64,000 bases of DNA. Origin: Candidatus Fervidifonticultor quintus (GTDB lineage Bacteria > Sysuimicrobiota > Sysuimicrobiia > Sysuimicrobiales > Humicultoraceae). The translations under genes were made by a program, and so were the position numbers. Positions 1 to 9,941 of this stretch are shown here, piece after piece. The DNA lies in NCBI GenBank assembly GCA_031459535.1, contig JAVKIJ010000003.1, forward strand, positions 1 through 64,000. Direction: 5' to 3'. The notes beneath the pieces were generated by a model. It was not told the DNA's origin. It did not search any database and was given only the letters and a program-made list of their open reading frames with translations. Every line of letters begins with the position of its first letter. Position 1 is the first letter of the stretch.

Positions 1-1
1 G

Positions 2-955
2 TGGGTCGCCACCGGCGATATGCACGCCGATCGGGGGCGCGAGGCCGAGGCCGCAGGCCGCAGTCTGACCGCCGGCGAGGCCTACGTCCACGCGGCGCTG
101 TGCTATCACTTTGCGAAGTTTGTGTGGCTGGTCGACCTGGGCAAGCATCGGGACGCTGCGGCGCGGTCGATCAACGCCTTGCGGGCCGCCCATCGCCTCC
201 TGGATCCCACGGCTGAACGCATCGAGATCCCCTTCGACGGTGCCGTGCTGGTGGGAAACCTGCGGCGGCCGCACGACGGCACCGGCACGCCCCGCCCGGC
301 GCGTCCCCCGCTGATCCTGCTGATCCCCGGCCTGGACTCGGCCAAAGAAGAGTTCTTCCGCTGGGAAGACGTGTTCCTCGCTCGGGGTATGGCCACGTTC
401 TCTCTCGACGGGCCCGGACAGGGCGAGGCCGGGTGGGCTCTCCCAATCCGTCACGACTACGAGACGGCTGTTTCGGCGGCGCTGGACATCTTGGGGGTGC
501 GCACCGACCTGGACATGCGTCGCGTCGGGGCCGTCGGGGTGAGCCTCGGCGGCTACTACGCGCCCCGAGCCGCGGCCTTCGAGCCGCGCCTGGGAGCCGT
601 GGTCGCCATCGGCGGCCCCTACTGCTTCGGCGAGACATGGGATGGCCTCCCGACGCTCACCCGAGAGGCCTTCCGGCACTACTCCCGAGCCCGGGACGAC
701 CACGAAGCCCGACAGCGGGCCATGGGGCTAGATTTGTCGGCGGTGCTCCCGAGGTTGACGCAACCGTTGCTGGTCGTGTTCGGCAAGGCGGACCGGCTGA
801 TTCCCTGGCAGCACGCCGAACGGGTGGCGGCCGAGGCGCGCAACGCACGGCTGGTCATGTACCCCGAGGGCAACCACGTCTGCAACAACATTCCCTACAA
901 GTACCGGCCGCTGGTCGCGGACTGGATCAAAGAGACACTGGCCGATGTGGGCTAA
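2..955 (+). CDS. Alpha/beta hydrolase, 2,6-dihydroxypseudooxynicotine (DHPON) hydrolase-like; 5' end truncated by the window
   Basis: Frame is open from position 2 (WVATGDMHADRG...). Has the nucleophile elbow GVSLGG, PGLDSAKEE, DGPGQGE and C-terminal EGNHVCNN (His), typical of this family. Confidence 0.75.
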   Translation, partial: WVATGDMHADRGREAEAAGRSLTAGEAYVHAALCYHFAKFVWLVDLGKHRDAAARSINALRAAHRLLDPTAERIEIPFDGAVLVGNLRRPHDGTGTPRPARPPLILLIPGLDSAKEEFFRWEDVFLARGMATFSLDGPGQGEAGWALPIRHDYETAVSAALDILGVRTDLDMRRVGAVGVSLGGYYAPRAAAFEPRLGAVVAIGGPYCFGETWDGLPTLTREAFRHYSRARDDHEARQRAMGLDLSAVLPRLTQPLLVVFGKADRLIPWQHAERVAAEARNARLVMYPEGNHVCNNIPYKYRPLVADWIKETLADVG

Positions 956-2150
956 GTTCTCACCCCAGGAGATGGCGTCGCGCTGGGCCAAGGCCCGGAG
1001 CCTGATGCACGAACACGGGCTGGGCGCCCTGCTACTGTTCGGCAACTCCGGCGTCAACCGTCACAATCAGGCCAACGTCTTCTGGCTGAGCAACTACCTC
1101 GACCTCCACCACAACTACCTGGTCGCGCCGCTGGACCCCGCTGTCCCGGCGGCCCTCTTCGTCGGCCTCAAGAACCACGATATCGCCGCGCGCGAGGTGA
1201 GCGAGGTCCCCGTCATCGAGTGGGGCGGCTATGATCCCGCCGGGACCGTGGCGCGATACCTCAGGACCTGCGGTCTCGAGCGGGGCCGGCTGGGTCTGGT
1301 GGGGGTCAACGCCACGTTTGGTATGGGGATGCCTTACCAACACTATGCGGAACTTCGCCGCGAGCTCCCGGCGCTGGAGCCGGTGGACGCCACGGCGGCG
1401 TTCGCACGCCTGCGCCAGGTGAAGTCCGAAGAGGAGATCGCCTGGCTGCGCCGCGCTGCGGAGTTCACCGACCGCACGATCTACGCGCTCCGCGACCAGG
1501 TGCGGCCAGGCCTGCCGGAGTATGCCCTCGTGGGGATCATCGAGGGCGCCTACCGGTCCGACGGCGGGTTGCCGCACATCGCATTCCTGCGATCCATGCC
1601 CATGGACGCACCCACCGGATGCGTCCCGGCGCAGAACCCGTCTGGTCGCCGGCTCGAGCGCGGCGACATCATTCTGACGGAGATCAGCGCGTCGTACTGG
1701 GGCTATTCGGGGCAGATCCATCGGCCGATCTTCGTGGGCGCCGAGCCCACGCCGGCGTGGCGGCGGATGTTCCACGTGGCGCGGGAAGCGTACCTGCGTC
1801 TGGCCGCAGCCATTCGTCCGGGCGCAGTGGAGCGCGACGTGATCCGCGCCGCGTCGGTGATCGGTGAGGCAGGGTACGGGATCTACGACGACCTCATCCA
1901 CGGGTACGGCGTGGACATCCAGCCCCCGCTCATCGACCGGTCGTGCGCAGCCTACTGGCCGTGGGACGAGCGCCGGCCGGCCCCCGAGGGCCGGCGGTTC
2001 GAGCGCGGGATGGCCATCGTCATCCAGCCCAACCCGATCACGCCCGACGAGCGCATGGGGCTGCAGCTGGGCGCGCTGGGCGTGGTCACAGATGACGGCG
2101 TCCAGACGCTGCATGGGGTGCCGCTGGAGCCGATCGTGGTGGACACGTGA
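945..2150 (+). CDS. M24 (pita-bread/creatinase fold) family protein with non-canonical active site
   Basis: Creatinase-like N-domain, RQVKSEEEIAWLRRAA linker, GDIILTEISASYWGYSGQIHRP, IHGYG and GMAIVIQPNP. Overlaps the upstream stop. Confidence 0.75.
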   Translation: MWAKFSPQEMASRWAKARSLMHEHGLGALLLFGNSGVNRHNQANVFWLSNYLDLHHNYLVAPLDPAVPAALFVGLKNHDIAAREVSEVPVIEWGGYDPAGTVARYLRTCGLERGRLGLVGVNATFGMGMPYQHYAELRRELPALEPVDATAAFARLRQVKSEEEIAWLRRAAEFTDRTIYALRDQVRPGLPEYALVGIIEGAYRSDGGLPHIAFLRSMPMDAPTGCVPAQNPSGRRLERGDIILTEISASYWGYSGQIHRPIFVGAEPTPAWRRMFHVAREAYLRLAAAIRPGAVERDVIRAASVIGEAGYGIYDDLIHGYGVDIQPPLIDRSCAAYWPWDERRPAPEGRRFERGMAIVIQPNPITPDERMGLQLGALGVVTDDGVQTLHGVPLEPIVVDT

Positions 2151-4489
2151 GCGCCGCGCTCTCTCCGCTACACCCGCGGCCAGCGCCGTCAACCCGCTGG
2201 ATCGGCTATCCGCTGCGGCGTCTGGAAGACCGGCGGTACCTGCGTGGGCAGGCGCGATATGTCGCTGATATGGCGCTGCCCGGCATGGTCCACATGGTGC
2301 TTGTACGCAGCCCCTATGCGCACGCGCGACTGGAGGCGATCTCGTCCGATCAAGCCCGGCGGGCGCCGGGGGTCCTGGCGGTCGTAACCGGCCGCGACCT
2401 CGAGGGCCGCGTGCAGCCCCTGCCCGTGGAGGTGCGGGAGGGCGCGCAGATCGCCAGGATAGCGCGCCACCCGCTGCTGGCCACCGACAGGGTCCGCTAC
2501 GTCGGCCAGCCGGTGGCGGCTGTGGTGGCCGAGACCAGGGTCGCAGCGCTGGAAGCCGCGCTGCTGGTCGAGCTCGCCTGCGAACCGCTGCCACCGGTGA
2601 CCGATCCCCACCGCGCGCTTCGCGGGGACACGTGCCTCCATGATGCCGTCGAGGACAACGGGCTCCTGCGCTGGAGCCGCAGTGGCGGCGACGTGTCTGC
2701 TGCCTTCGAGTCTGCCCAGCGGGTCGTGCGGGGGCAGTTCCACCTGCCCCGCCTCGCGGCGGCGCCGATCGAGGCCCGAGGGGCGGTGGCGGCGTACGAT
2801 CCCGGCAGCGATCTCGTCACGCTCTGGCTCTCGGCGCAGGATCCGCACCGGCCCCGGGCACAGCTCAGCCAGGTGCTCGGCCGCCCCGAGGACCGCATCC
2901 GCGTCATTGTGCCTGACGTGGGCGGCGCCTTCGGCAGCAAGGGTGCGCTCGCGCCGGAGTCGGCGCTGGTTGCGGTGGTCGCCATGGACCTGGGCCGGCC
3001 GGTGCAGTGGATCGAGGATCGCCGCGAGAACCTGGCGGCTTCGTATCAGGGTCGAGGGATTGATGCCGAGGTGGAGATGGCCGTGCGGGACGACGGCCGC
3101 ATCCTGGGCGTGCGGGCGCGCCTGGTGGCCGATCTGGGCGCGTACCTCCTGCCGTCGACCGCGATCCCTGCCATCACGACCGGGATGCTGCTGACCGGCG
3201 CGTACGACATCCCCGCTGCCAGCGTCGAGCTGGTCGGCGCGGCCACGAACAAGGTCCCGCTGGGCCCGTATCGGGGCGCTGGCCGGCCAGAGGCCGCATT
3301 CATCGTCGAGCGCATGGTGGACCTCGTCGCCCAGGAGCTGGGGCTCGACCCGGTGGAGGTCAGATATCGAAACTTCATTCCCCCGCAACGCTTTCCTTAC
3401 CCGACACCGCTGGGGTTCACGTACGACTCTGGCAATTATGCCCGGGCGCTGGACCGGGCCCTGCGGCGCCTCGAGTACGACCGCTGGCGCGAGGAACAGC
3501 GCCGCGCCAGGGCCCACGGTCGGCTGATCGGGATCGGCCTCGCGGTCTATGTGGAACGCGCAGGCAGCGGCCTGTGGGAGAGCGCCGCCGTCCTGGTGGA
3601 TCCCAGCGGCCGTGTGGTCGTCCGCCCGGGATCCACCTCGCACGGGCAGGGACACGAGACCACGTTTGCACAGATCGCTGCCGACGTCCTGGCGGTCGAC
3701 CCGCGTGATGTAGTCGTCGAGCGGGGCGATTCCGCCGTGGTGCCGCGCGGGGTGGGAACGTTTGCCAGCCGGTCGGTGGCCACGGGCGGCTCGGCCCTGC
3801 TCGTGGCCCTGGAGAAGATCAAGATCAAGGCCACCCGGATCGCCGCGCACCTCCTGGAGGCCGCCGAAGACGACGTCGCCTGGGACCGGGGACATCTGCA
3901 CGTGCGGGGGACACCGCAACGCGCCGTTTCGTTCCAGCAGGTGGCGGCTGCGGCGTATGCGCCGTTCCGGTTGCCCAGAACCATCGAACCCGGATTGAGC
4001 GAGTTCGGCTTCTTCAGCCTGCCCGGGCCGGTGTTTCCTTTCGGCGCCTATGGGGTGGTGGTGGAGGTCGATCGCGAGACCGGCCAGGTACGCGTGCTGC
4101 GGCTGGTCGCGGTGGACGATGCGGGTCGCATCATCAACCCCCTGCTCGCCGAGGGGCAGGTGATAGGCTCCACGGTCCAGGGACTGGGCGAGGCGCTGGT
4201 CGAGGAGGTGCGGTACGACGAGGCCGGCCAGCTCCTGACCGCCACGCTGGCCGACTATGGGCTGTTGCGGGCTCCCCAGGTCCCACCCGTGCACAGTGAG
4301 CTGCTGGAGACGCCCTCACCGTTCAACCCGCTGGGCGCGAAAGGCATAGGAGAAGCGGGAACCATCGGCATGCCGGCGGCCGTGGCCAACGCCGTGGCAG
4401 ACGCCCTGTCTCCGCTCGGTGTCCGGCACGTGGATCTGCCCCTGTCCCCCGAGAAGCTCTGGCGCATCGTGCAGACCCACCGGGGATGA
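2147..4489 (+). CDS. Xanthine dehydrogenase family molybdopterin-binding large subunit (CoxL form II-like)
   Basis: RLEDRRYLRG, RSPYAHA, DVGGAFGSK, active-site loop PYRGAGRPEA, HGQGHETTFAQ, GTFASRS and GAKGIGEAG. GTGA overlap with the upstream gene. Confidence 0.9.
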   Translation: MSAALSPLHPRPAPSTRWIGYPLRRLEDRRYLRGQARYVADMALPGMVHMVLVRSPYAHARLEAISSDQARRAPGVLAVVTGRDLEGRVQPLPVEVREGAQIARIARHPLLATDRVRYVGQPVAAVVAETRVAALEAALLVELACEPLPPVTDPHRALRGDTCLHDAVEDNGLLRWSRSGGDVSAAFESAQRVVRGQFHLPRLAAAPIEARGAVAAYDPGSDLVTLWLSAQDPHRPRAQLSQVLGRPEDRIRVIVPDVGGAFGSKGALAPESALVAVVAMDLGRPVQWIEDRRENLAASYQGRGIDAEVEMAVRDDGRILGVRARLVADLGAYLLPSTAIPAITTGMLLTGAYDIPAASVELVGAATNKVPLGPYRGAGRPEAAFIVERMVDLVAQELGLDPVEVRYRNFIPPQRFPYPTPLGFTYDSGNYARALDRALRRLEYDRWREEQRRARAHGRLIGIGLAVYVERAGSGLWESAAVLVDPSGRVVVRPGSTSHGQGHETTFAQIAADVLAVDPRDVVVERGDSAVVPRGVGTFASRSVATGGSALLVALEKIKIKATRIAAHLLEAAEDDVAWDRGHLHVRGTPQRAVSFQQVAAAAYAPFRLPRTIEPGLSEFGFFSLPGPVFPFGAYGVVVEVDRETGQVRVLRLVAVDDAGRIINPLLAEGQVIGSTVQGLGEALVEEVRYDEAGQLLTATLADYGLLRAPQVPPVHSELLETPSPFNPLGAKGIGEAGTIGMPAAVANAVADALSPLGVRHVDLPLSPEKLWRIVQTHRG

Positions 4490-4520
4490 GCGGGCGGCGG
4501 TGCGGCTGGCTCCCTGGTTC

Positions 4521-5588
4521 CTACGGCTTGATGATGACCTTGATGGCGCCGCCGGCCCGACTGGTGAAGGTGTCGAATGCCCGGTTGATCTCATCCAGGG
4601 GAAACGTGTGGGTGATCAGCGGGCGCATCTTCAGGCGGCCGTCGGCCAGCAGCGGGATGGCCCGCCCCAGGTTTCGCATGCCCTCGGCCTTCAGCCCGGC
4701 GACCAGCAGGTTCCACTGGACGACTCTGTTGAGCTGGAGGGCCACGGGTTCGTGATAGATCCCGTTATAGACCACGCGGCCGTTACGGGCGACGATCTCC
4801 AGCGCCTCGGCAGCAGGCCCCGGCTGGCCAGAGCACTCCACGACCAGATCGGCACCCAGGCCATCGGTGAGGCGCAGGATGGCCTCAGATGCGCTCGCCG
4901 CGCGCACATTGACGGTCACGTCCGCGCCGAGCTGGCGGCCCACCGCCAGACGGTCCTCGCGCGTGCCCGTGAGGATCACCCGGCCGGCGCCGCAGATCTT
5001 GGCGATCTGGACGGCGAGCAGCCCGATCGCACCGGGACCAGTCACGACCACCGTCTCGCCCGGCCTGACCCCTCCGATGCGCTCGTAGCCGTAGAGCACG
5101 GTGCCGGCCGTGGTGAGCAACGCACCGTCCTCGAGCGAGATCACCTCAGGCAGGCGGTGGAGCGTGTTCACATGGCAGGCGGCATACTCGGCGTACGCGC
5201 CGTTGCTGCTGAACCCGTAGTGCCGGTGTCCCCGCTCCGGTCTGCCGTAGTTCAGGCACGTGGTGTACAGACCGCGCAGGCAGTTCTGACACCGGCCGCA
5301 CCCCTTGTGGGGTTCGACCGCCACCCGATCACCCACGGCTACTTCGCTCACGTCGGGCGCCGCGGCCACGACCGTGCCCGTGAACTCGTGGCCGGGGATG
5401 AACTCGCCCAGGGGCGGATGGCCCGGCCATCCCTTGGCAATGATGGCCGGGTCGCTGCCACAGATGGCGACCGAGTCGACTTTGACGAGGGCCTCGCCTT
5501 CGCCGAGGGTCGGCACCGGTCTTTCGGTCACGCGGAGATCGCCGTAGTTGAACAGTACGGCGGCCTTCATCATCTTCGGGATGTTCAT
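4521..5588 (-). CDS. Zn-dependent medium-chain alcohol/polyol dehydrogenase
   Basis: Catalytic Zn motifs CGSD and GHE, structural CGRCQNC...C cluster, Rossmann GPGAIG. Confidence 0.9.
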   Translation of the reverse strand: MNIPKMMKAAVLFNYGDLRVTERPVPTLGEGEALVKVDSVAICGSDPAIIAKGWPGHPPLGEFIPGHEFTGTVVAAAPDVSEVAVGDRVAVEPHKGCGRCQNCLRGLYTTCLNYGRPERGHRHYGFSSNGAYAEYAACHVNTLHRLPEVISLEDGALLTTAGTVLYGYERIGGVRPGETVVVTGPGAIGLLAVQIAKICGAGRVILTGTREDRLAVGRQLGADVTVNVRAASASEAILRLTDGLGADLVVECSGQPGPAAEALEIVARNGRVVYNGIYHEPVALQLNRVVQWNLLVAGLKAEGMRNLGRAIPLLADGRLKMRPLITHTFPLDEINRAFDTFTSRAGGAIKVIIKP

Positions 5589-5624
5589 AGACGCCCCCCC
5601 AGGCCCGACTTACTCTGCCGCAAC

Positions 5625-5750
5625 TGAGCAGATTGTCTGACAATAATGCCTGGTTGCGGCTTCGGCGCAGGCCAGGATGCTTCCTGCCCCAGCAGGAGGA
5701 AGCCCCCCTGACCGCCAACTCATCACCATACCGAGCAGACAATCTGCTCA
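5625..5750. promoter_or_regulatory. Divergent control region with FadR-type operator palindromes
   Basis: ATTGTC-T-GACAAT palindrome at 5632-5644; GAGCAGA-CAA-TCTGCTC palindrome at 5733-5749; TGAGCAGATTGTCTG (5625-5639) is the exact reverse complement of CAGACAATCTGCTCA (5736-5750). Confidence 0.7.
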
Positions 5751-5758
5751 TCTGATCA

Positions 5759-6466
5759 ATGCATCAGCCGATCGAGCGACGCCGAGTGTACGAACTCCTG
5801 GCCGAGCGTCTGGTGGCCGAGATCAGCGATCGCTCGCTCAAGCCCGGCGATCCTCTTCCCACGGAGCGAGAACTCCAACAGATGTACGGCGTCGGGCGCT
5901 CCTCTGTGCGCGAAGCGCTGCGGATCCTCGAATCGCGAGGTCTGATCAGGCCGTCGGGGAGACGGGTGTTCCTGGTCGCGGACTACGGCAACGCGTTGAG
6001 CCTCTCCCTGCAGTTCCTCCTCGCGCTGGAGGAGGGCAGCTTGCGCGACCTCTTCGAGGTCCGCAAGATCCTCGAGGTCGAGGCGGCTGGGTTGGCAGCC
6101 GTCCGCCGGAGCACCGAGGATCTGGCCCGGATGGCTCGGGCCGTTGACGAGATGATAGCGGGCCTCACTTCGCAGGAGCGGTACATCGCCGCAGACCTGC
6201 AGTTTCACGTGGCCGTGGCTGCGGCCACGTCCAATCGCATGGCGCTGATCATGATGCATGCCATTCGCGATCTGCTGCACCGAGCCCTCGCCTCGATCTA
6301 CCACATTCCCGGCAGTCCCCAGCGCTCGATTGCTCAGCACCGGGAGATCATCGAGGCGATTCGGGCGGGACTGCCCGAGGTCGCGCGCCAACGCATGCGG
6401 GAGCACCTCGTGAGGGTGGAGCGGGACATCCAGGACATTTTGAGTAAGAGTGCGGTCACGGCGTAG
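5759..6466 (+). CDS. GntR/FadR family transcriptional regulator (wHTH + FCD)
   Basis: LKPGDPLPTERELQQMYGVGRSSVREALRIL HTH; FCD motifs DLQFH and QHREII. Confidence 0.92.
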   Translation: MHQPIERRRVYELLAERLVAEISDRSLKPGDPLPTERELQQMYGVGRSSVREALRILESRGLIRPSGRRVFLVADYGNALSLSLQFLLALEEGSLRDLFEVRKILEVEAAGLAAVRRSTEDLARMARAVDEMIAGLTSQERYIAADLQFHVAVAAATSNRMALIMMHAIRDLLHRALASIYHIPGSPQRSIAQHREIIEAIRAGLPEVARQRMREHLVRVERDIQDILSKSAVTA

Positions 6467-6483
6467 AGGAGAGGGAGGACACA

Positions 6484-7500
6484 ATGAGTCACGGCGCACC
6501 GAGCAGGCGGGTTCTCGGAGCAGTGGTCTGCGCGGCGGTTCTGGTCGTGCTGATGGGGCTTGGCACTGCGCCGGGGAAAGCCGCGCCGGCGCTTGAGCGG
6601 GTGACGCTGCTCGGCGGCCCGCCGGCCGGCGTCTTCGGCATCTTCGCCACTGGCATCGCCACCTACCTGGCCAGGGCGGTCCCGAACGTCAACGTCTCGG
6701 TGGCCGCCACCGGCGGCTCGGTGGAGAACATCCGGCGGGTGAACGCCGGCGAGGCGGAGATGGGCATCGCGTTTGCCTCGGATGTCCACGAGGGGTACAA
6801 CGGCATCGAGGCGTTCCGCGGCACCTCGCACACCAACATCCGCGCCATCGGCCTGGTGTTCACCGGCGTCCTGCACGTGGTGACGTATCAGGACAAGGGG
6901 ATCCGCGGCATCGAGGACCTGGCCGGCAAGCGGGTCGCCGTGGGGACCCCGGGCTCGGGGACGTTCGCGACGGCGGAGCGTGTGCTCCGCAAGCTCGGGA
7001 TCTGGGACCGCATCAACCGTATTCCGCTGCTGGGCGCCGCGGCCGGCGACGCGCTGAACGACGGCCGGGCAGACGCCTTCGTCTGGACCGGCCCCTATCC
7101 CGACCGGGTTACGATCGAGGCGGCGATCAGGGCACCGGTGCACGTGATCGACGTCTACACGCCTGTGACGAAGACCGACTTCTTTGCGGTCTATCCGTAC
7201 TACTCGCGCTTCCTGATCCCCGCCAACGCGTACAGAGGTGTCGGTGAAAACACCTCCGCGCTGGGCATTCCCGCCCTCTGGTTCGCCAATGTCAACGCGC
7301 CGGCGCCGCTCATCCAGCGCCTGGTCGAGGCGGCCTACAGCCGTGGGGGGCACGAGCATATGCTGCGGGTCCATTCCGCCGCCGCTGACATGACGTCGCG
7401 CAAGGCGCTCCAGGGCGTCACCATCCCGCTGCACAAGGGCGCGGAGGCGCACTGGCTGGCGGTGGGGCTGGAGATCCCGGAGAAGATCAGGGCCAGGTGA
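6484..7500 (+). CDS. TAXI-family TRAP transporter solute-binding protein
   Basis: Signal peptide, ATGGSVENI, DLAGKRVAVGTPGSGT and IPLHKGA. SD GGAGG upstream. Confidence 0.9.
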   Translation: MSHGAPSRRVLGAVVCAAVLVVLMGLGTAPGKAAPALERVTLLGGPPAGVFGIFATGIATYLARAVPNVNVSVAATGGSVENIRRVNAGEAEMGIAFASDVHEGYNGIEAFRGTSHTNIRAIGLVFTGVLHVVTYQDKGIRGIEDLAGKRVAVGTPGSGTFATAERVLRKLGIWDRINRIPLLGAAAGDALNDGRADAFVWTGPYPDRVTIEAAIRAPVHVIDVYTPVTKTDFFAVYPYYSRFLIPANAYRGVGENTSALGIPALWFANVNAPAPLIQRLVEAAYSRGGHEHMLRVHSAAADMTSRKALQGVTIPLHKGAEAHWLAVGLEIPEKIRAR

Positions 7501-7506
7501 CGGCCC

Positions 7507-9402
7507 GTGAACGAGAGGACGCGCCGGCTCTCCCCGACCTGGGCCCTCGTCCTCCAGGTCATGCTGGGGGCCGTGTCCCTGTACTACCTCTGGACGGCCT
7601 GGCGGGGTGCTGCGTCGCTCCAGTACTTCCGAGGTATCGCCGTCCTCTACAGTCTGGTGGTGCCGATGCTTCTCTACCGCGGCTGGCAGCGGGCGCGCGA
7701 GGACGCGCCGGGTGTCCTCGACCTGTTCCTGGCGGTCGCCGCCATCGTCGGCGTCGGGTACTGGATCGCCGAGCACGAGGCCATGGCCTACCGGGCGGGC
7801 GCCTACCTGCCCGCGGACTTCTGGATGGGCGTGATCGTTACCATCGTCGCCCTGGAGGCGGCTCGGCGCGTGCTGGGGTTGTCCATGGCGCTCGTCGCGG
7901 TCCTGCCCATGCTGTACGCCCTGTTCGGGCACTATCTCCCGCCGATCATCGGCCACCGCGGGTTCACGTTCCGCCGCATCATCGAGTACGTGTACCTGAC
8001 GTCCGACGGCATCTTCGGGGTCATGGCCGAGGTGATCGCCGGGTTCGTGATTCCGTTCGTAGTCTTCGGGTCGTTCCTCCAGCGGGCCGGCGTTGGCAGG
8101 TTCTTCATTGATCTCTCGCTCGCCGCCCTCGGCCGCATCGCTGGCGGCCCGGCGCAGGCGGCCGTGGTGTCCAGCGCGCTGCTCGGTACGATCAACGGAA
8201 GCCCCATCGCCAACACGGTGACCACGGGCGCAATCACCATCCCGCTGATGAAGCGGACGGGCTTCCCTCCCCACATCGCCGCCGCCGTGGAGGGCGCCGC
8301 GTCAACAGGCGGCATGGTCCTCCCGCCTGTCATGGGCGCCGGCGCGTTCATCATGGCCGAGATGACCGCCACCCCCTACGTGGAGATCGCCAAGATCGCG
8401 GCGATCCCGGGCCTGCTCTTCTTCCTCGCCGTGGGGGTCATGGTGTACTTCGAGTCGCGCAAGCTCGGGCTGCGGGGACTGGGCCGGGACGAGATCCCGC
8501 ATCTGGGGGAGACGGTGCGGCGCGGCTGGTTCCTGGTGATTCCCATCGCCGTGCTCGTGGCGGCCCTGGTCTCCGGCGCCTCCCCTGAACGTTCGGCCGC
8601 GTACGGGGTGCTGGCCACGGTGGCCGCGAGCTGGTTCCGGCGGGAGACCCGGATGGGCCTCGGTGCGATTTGGGAGGCTCTGGTCGACGGCGGCCGGGCC
8701 AGCCTGTTCGTCGCCGCGCTGACGGGAGCCGTGGGCATCCTGATCGGGGTCCTGGCGCTGACGGGTATCGCCATCCGGTTTGGCTGGATCATGGTGCAGC
8801 TCGCCGGCCAGAACCTGCTCCTCACGATCCTGCTCGTGGCGATCTCCACGCTGATCCTGGGCCTCGCCCTGCCGATCACGGCCACCTACCTGGTTGTGGC
8901 CGTGATTGCCGTGCCGGTGCTGCGTGAGTTGGGCATTCCGCTGCTGACCGCGCACATGATCGTCTTCTGGTTGAGCCTCGATTCGAACATCACGCCGCCG
9001 GTGGCCCTGGGGCCCTTTGCGGCGGCGGCGATCGCTGGCGCCGATCCCATGCGGGCTGGGTGGAACTGTTTCCGGTTCGCGAAGGTCATCTATGTCATGC
9101 CGGTGCTGTTTGCCCATACCCACATCCTCTTGACGGGCACCGCTGCGCAAAATGCCATGGCGGCCGTCTCGGCGACGGTTGGGGTGGTGATCTTCTCGAT
9201 CCTGAGCACCGCCTACTTCGTGGTACACATCACGCCCCTGGAGTTCGTACTCATGGCGGGGGCCACGCTGCTGGCCTTCATTCCCAATCCGGCGACGGTG
9301 GCGGCGGGCGCGGCCGTCGTGGGGGCGGTGTTCTTGTTGCAGCGCCGCCGGCAGCGGGGCCCGGCCGGGGTGGCTGCAGCCGTGCCCGCCAAGGAGGTCT
9401 GA
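7507..9402 (+). CDS. TRAP transporter fused permease (TAXI-type 4TM/12TM)
   Basis: Polytopic. GGPAQAAVVSS, ANTVTTGAITIPLMKRTG, ASTGGMVLPPVMGAGAF and ITPPVAL. Confidence 0.9.
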   Translation: MNERTRRLSPTWALVLQVMLGAVSLYYLWTAWRGAASLQYFRGIAVLYSLVVPMLLYRGWQRAREDAPGVLDLFLAVAAIVGVGYWIAEHEAMAYRAGAYLPADFWMGVIVTIVALEAARRVLGLSMALVAVLPMLYALFGHYLPPIIGHRGFTFRRIIEYVYLTSDGIFGVMAEVIAGFVIPFVVFGSFLQRAGVGRFFIDLSLAALGRIAGGPAQAAVVSSALLGTINGSPIANTVTTGAITIPLMKRTGFPPHIAAAVEGAASTGGMVLPPVMGAGAFIMAEMTATPYVEIAKIAAIPGLLFFLAVGVMVYFESRKLGLRGLGRDEIPHLGETVRRGWFLVIPIAVLVAALVSGASPERSAAYGVLATVAASWFRRETRMGLGAIWEALVDGGRASLFVAALTGAVGILIGVLALTGIAIRFGWIMVQLAGQNLLLTILLVAISTLILGLALPITATYLVVAVIAVPVLRELGIPLLTAHMIVFWLSLDSNITPPVALGPFAAAAIAGADPMRAGWNCFRFAKVIYVMPVLFAHTHILLTGTAAQNAMAAVSATVGVVIFSILSTAYFVVHITPLEFVLMAGATLLAFIPNPATVAAGAAVVGAVFLLQRRRQRGPAGVAAAVPAKEV

Positions 9403-9403
9403 G

Positions 9404-9886
9404 ATGGCAGAATCCTCAGCACGCACGCCGGGTGGAGGGACCATCCCGCATCACGGTCTGGCTGACGCCGCCGGGATCACCGTCGGCGGGGCGGGCTCCA
9501 GGGTGTTCCACCCGGATGACCTGCCGGAACTGAGTTCGGAGCGCGACGGTCGGATGAAGAAGGTGCTGCTGAACACGGCGAGCACCGGGACGGAGATGCT
9601 GGTGGACGTCCTTGACTACGCGCCGGGTGGTACCTCGCCGCTGCACTACCACAGGGGTACCGAACATTTCTTCTTCGTGCTGGGTGGCCGCGGACGCATC
9701 GTGATCAACGACCGGGAGTACCCGTTGCGGCCGCACACCGTGGTGTGGATCGCAGAGGGCGACGTGCACAAGGTGTACGCCGACCCCGACTCGCGGCTGC
9801 AGTTCCTCGAGTATTTCTCCAAGGGCCGACACGAGACGGTGTTCATCGAGCAGGCCTGTGAGTGGAAGCCACAGCCAAAGTCGTGA
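9404..9886 (+). CDS. Cupin domain protein
   Basis: Cupin metal motif PLHYHRGTEHFFFVLGGRG...GDVH. SD AAGGAGG. Confidence 0.8.
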   Translation: MAESSARTPGGGTIPHHGLADAAGITVGGAGSRVFHPDDLPELSSERDGRMKKVLLNTASTGTEMLVDVLDYAPGGTSPLHYHRGTEHFFFVLGGRGRIVINDREYPLRPHTVVWIAEGDVHKVYADPDSRLQFLEYFSKGRHETVFIEQACEWKPQPKS

Positions 9887-9941
9887 GCCTGGCGGCTCGC
9901 ACAGCACGTGTGCACGGAGCACCCACGAGGAGGTAGACGTC

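Noticed and set aside
2147..4489. Bona fide aerobic CO dehydrogenase (form I coxL)
   Set aside because: The active-site loop is PYRGAGR without the Cu-binding Cys, and there are no coxMS or accessory genes nearby.
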